Assembly (NCBI GenBank): GCA_019348495.1
Contig: JAHWJI010000001.1
Location: forward strand, 9,606-73,605
DNA from: Actinomycetota bacterium
GTDB lineage: Bacteria > Actinomycetota > Acidimicrobiia > Acidimicrobiales > CADCSY01
DNA length: 64,000 bases
Reading direction: 5' to 3'
Part shown: positions 62,736-64,000 of the stretch, piece after piece
Numbering within the stretch: the stretch's first letter is position 1
Layout: each line of letters begins with the position of its first letter
Notes under the pieces: model-generated
Told to the model about the DNA's origin: nothing
Seen by the model: only the letters and a program-made list of their open reading frames with translations
Database searches by the model: none
Translations under genes and position numbers: made by a program

Positions 62736-62819
62736 CCCGCACCAGCGACGGCCGTGAGCTTCTCCAGGTTGTCGCCCGGCGGGGATCGCGCCGGCCACCG
62801 TTCCTCCTACACTTCGGCG

Positions 62820-64000
62820 ATGGATGCCAGCGTGCGTGAGGCGGAGAGCCCGCAGCGCCTGGCAGCGGTGCGCGACTCACGCCTGCTCGACACCGAGCCC
62901 GAGGCGCGCTTCGACCGTCTCGCCGGCCTGGCCGCCCTGTTGTTGGAAGCGCCCATGGCTTTCGTCACCGTCGTCGACGACCGGCGGTCGTGGTTCAAGA
63001 GCTGCATCGGCGCCCCCGAGGGCCGCGATCGTCAGATCCCCATTCGGAGCTCGTTCTGCCAGTACGTCGTCACCTCCGGCCAACCCTTGATCGTCGACGA
63101 CGCCCGCCGTGACCCGCGCACCGCCGGTAACCCCGGTATCGACACCATGGGCTTCTCCGCCTGGGCCGGGTTCCCCGTCACCGCCCCGGGCGGAGAGGTG
63201 CTGGGCACGCTGTCCGTCGCCGACTCCGTGCCCCGGTGCTGGACCGAGCGCGACGTCACCGTGCTCGAGACGCTCGCCGACGCGGTCTCGGCCAACATCG
63301 CCCTGCGAGCGGCGCTGACGGCCGAGCAGGAGGCTCGCCGGATCGCCGAGGCCACCGCCGCTCAGGCCGCCATGGCGGCGGACGAGTCGGCCGAGCTGAG
63401 CCAGATGCTGCTGGCGTCGAGCGCCCGCTTCGCCTCTCTGGCCCGCACCCTCCAGCAGAGCCTGCTCCCCCCCCACCTGCCCGAGGTGCCGGGCCTCGAG
63501 CTGGCGGCCCGCTACCTGCCGGCCAGCTCCGGGGAGGAGGTGGTGGGCGACTTCTACGACGTGTTCCAGTCGGGCCGGTCGAACTGGGGGGTGGTGATGG
63601 GCGACGTGAGCGGCAAGGGCCCACAGGCAGCCACGCTCACCGGCCTGGCTCGCTACACGGTTCGGGCCGCGGCCATGCGCACCCGCGTCCCGAGCCGGGT
63701 GCTGCGCCTGCTCAACGACGCCCTGCTCCAGTACAGCGAGGCCGACGACGAGCGCTTCATCACCGTCGCCTACGCCAACGTCCGCCCTCGCCAGGGCGAC
63801 GGCCCCGTGGAGGTGGCCCTGTGCTCAGGGGGACACCTCCCCCCCCTCGTGCACCGGGCGGACGGAACCGTCGAGGTGGTCCGCGAGCCAGGGACGGCTC
63901 TCGGGTTGTTCCCCGACCCCTCGCTGCGCGACCGCAAGCTGCGCCTGGCCGTAGGTGACGCCCTGGTGCTCTACACCGACGGGGTCACCGAGGCCCGCCG
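62820..64000 (+). CDS. GAF-domain PP2C/SpoIIE serine phosphatase, truncated by the right edge of the window
   Basis: My own translation from ATG 62820: MDASVREAESPQRLAAVRDSRLLDTEPEARFDRLAGLAALLLEAPMAFVTVVDDRRSWFKSCIG... (GAF). It continues ...LLPPHLPEVPGLELAARYLPASSGEEVVGDFYDV...VMGDVSGKGPQAA...LVLYTDGVTEAR (PP2C). It is not in the ORF track because there is no stop in the window. Track ORF 62824..63090 is the wrong frame. Confidence 0.85.
   Translation, partial: MDASVREAESPQRLAAVRDSRLLDTEPEARFDRLAGLAALLLEAPMAFVTVVDDRRSWFKSCIGAPEGRDRQIPIRSSFCQYVVTSGQPLIVDDARRDPRTAGNPGIDTMGFSAWAGFPVTAPGGEVLGTLSVADSVPRCWTERDVTVLETLADAVSANIALRAALTAEQEARRIAEATAAQAAMAADESAELSQMLLASSARFASLARTLQQSLLPPHLPEVPGLELAARYLPASSGEEVVGDFYDVFQSGRSNWGVVMGDVSGKGPQAATLTGLARYTVRAAAMRTRVPSRVLRLLNDALLQYSEADDERFITVAYANVRPRQGDGPVEVALCSGGHLPPLVHRADGTVEVVREPGTALGLFPDPSLRDRKLRLAVGDALVLYTDGVTEAR

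Noticed and set aside
62824-63090. Track ORF 62824..63090 (+, 88 aa, MPACVRRRARS...).
   Set aside because: Wrong frame. The frame starting at ATG 62820 gives a textbook GAF domain followed by PP2C motifs and stays open to the window edge.

Overview
Very GC-rich, densely coding chromosomal segment with about 75 protein genes, most separated by 0-60 nt or overlapping by 1-4 nt. I found no rRNA, tRNA, CRISPR array, transposase, integrase or phage gene, so it reads as core chromosome rather than a mobile island. Gene content points to Actinomycetota: mycothiol S-conjugate amidase Mca, ergothioneine egtABCD, and the GcvH-GarA-MerR-DUF151-MerR block known from mycobacteria and corynebacteria. The split glycine dehydrogenase (gcvPA/gcvPB) hints at a deep-branching class such as Acidimicrobiia, which is inference only. 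Gene order, left to right: trpB(partial)-trpF-trpC, J-domain membrane protein-lipoprotein-ygfZ-trpE-hisI (all minus); class II aldolase; DivIVA-like; gcvPB-gcvPA-gcvT-MerR; DUF151-MerR-GarA-gcvH; nucleotidyltransferase/pseudo-phosphomutase fusion-pgsA; SRAP; small genes and a cold-shock gene; lipoprotein-DUF3151-patatin-MFS-transglutaminase-like operon; GDPD; TPR; adk; acyl-ACP desaturase; HhH-GPD glycosylase; arfB; GNAT; Nfu_N; flavoprotein disulfide reductase; egtABCD; esterase; second J-domain protein; acyl-CoA dehydrogenase; DoxX; lipase; hydrolase; Cas4-like nuclease-PAP2; ferritin-like protein; Cys-rich/small/thermonuclease/YdjC operon; SCP2; mca; nfeD-SPFH-corA; PhoU/TrkA_C-MgtE(SLC41-like)-thioredoxin-like; second cold-shock gene; M15 peptidase; PP2C; Ppx/GppA-CrtI-like oxidoreductase-DCD-like; DagK-like kinase; GAF-PP2C cut by the right edge. 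Most worth a second look: (1) a 5.5-kb magnesium-transport cluster in which corA is translationally coupled to an nfeD-SPFH scaffold pair, facing an MgtE-core/PhoU-TrkA_C pair; (2) a 25-nt element (22/25 identical) sitting immediately after the stop codons of two unrelated genes in the same mRNA orientation; (3) a 34-nt pure (CT)n/(GA)n tract in the mca/nfeD divergent promoter region; (4) a DCD-like/flavoenzyme/Ppx operon bracketed by two sensor PP2C phosphatases; (5) a small Cys-rich protein, a small protein and a secreted thermonuclease chained by overlaps; (6) a nucleotidyltransferase fused to a phosphomutase domain whose four catalytic motifs are all degenerate. I cannot point to one clearly novel multi-gene system with confidence. 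All family assignments come from reading the translations, not from database searches.
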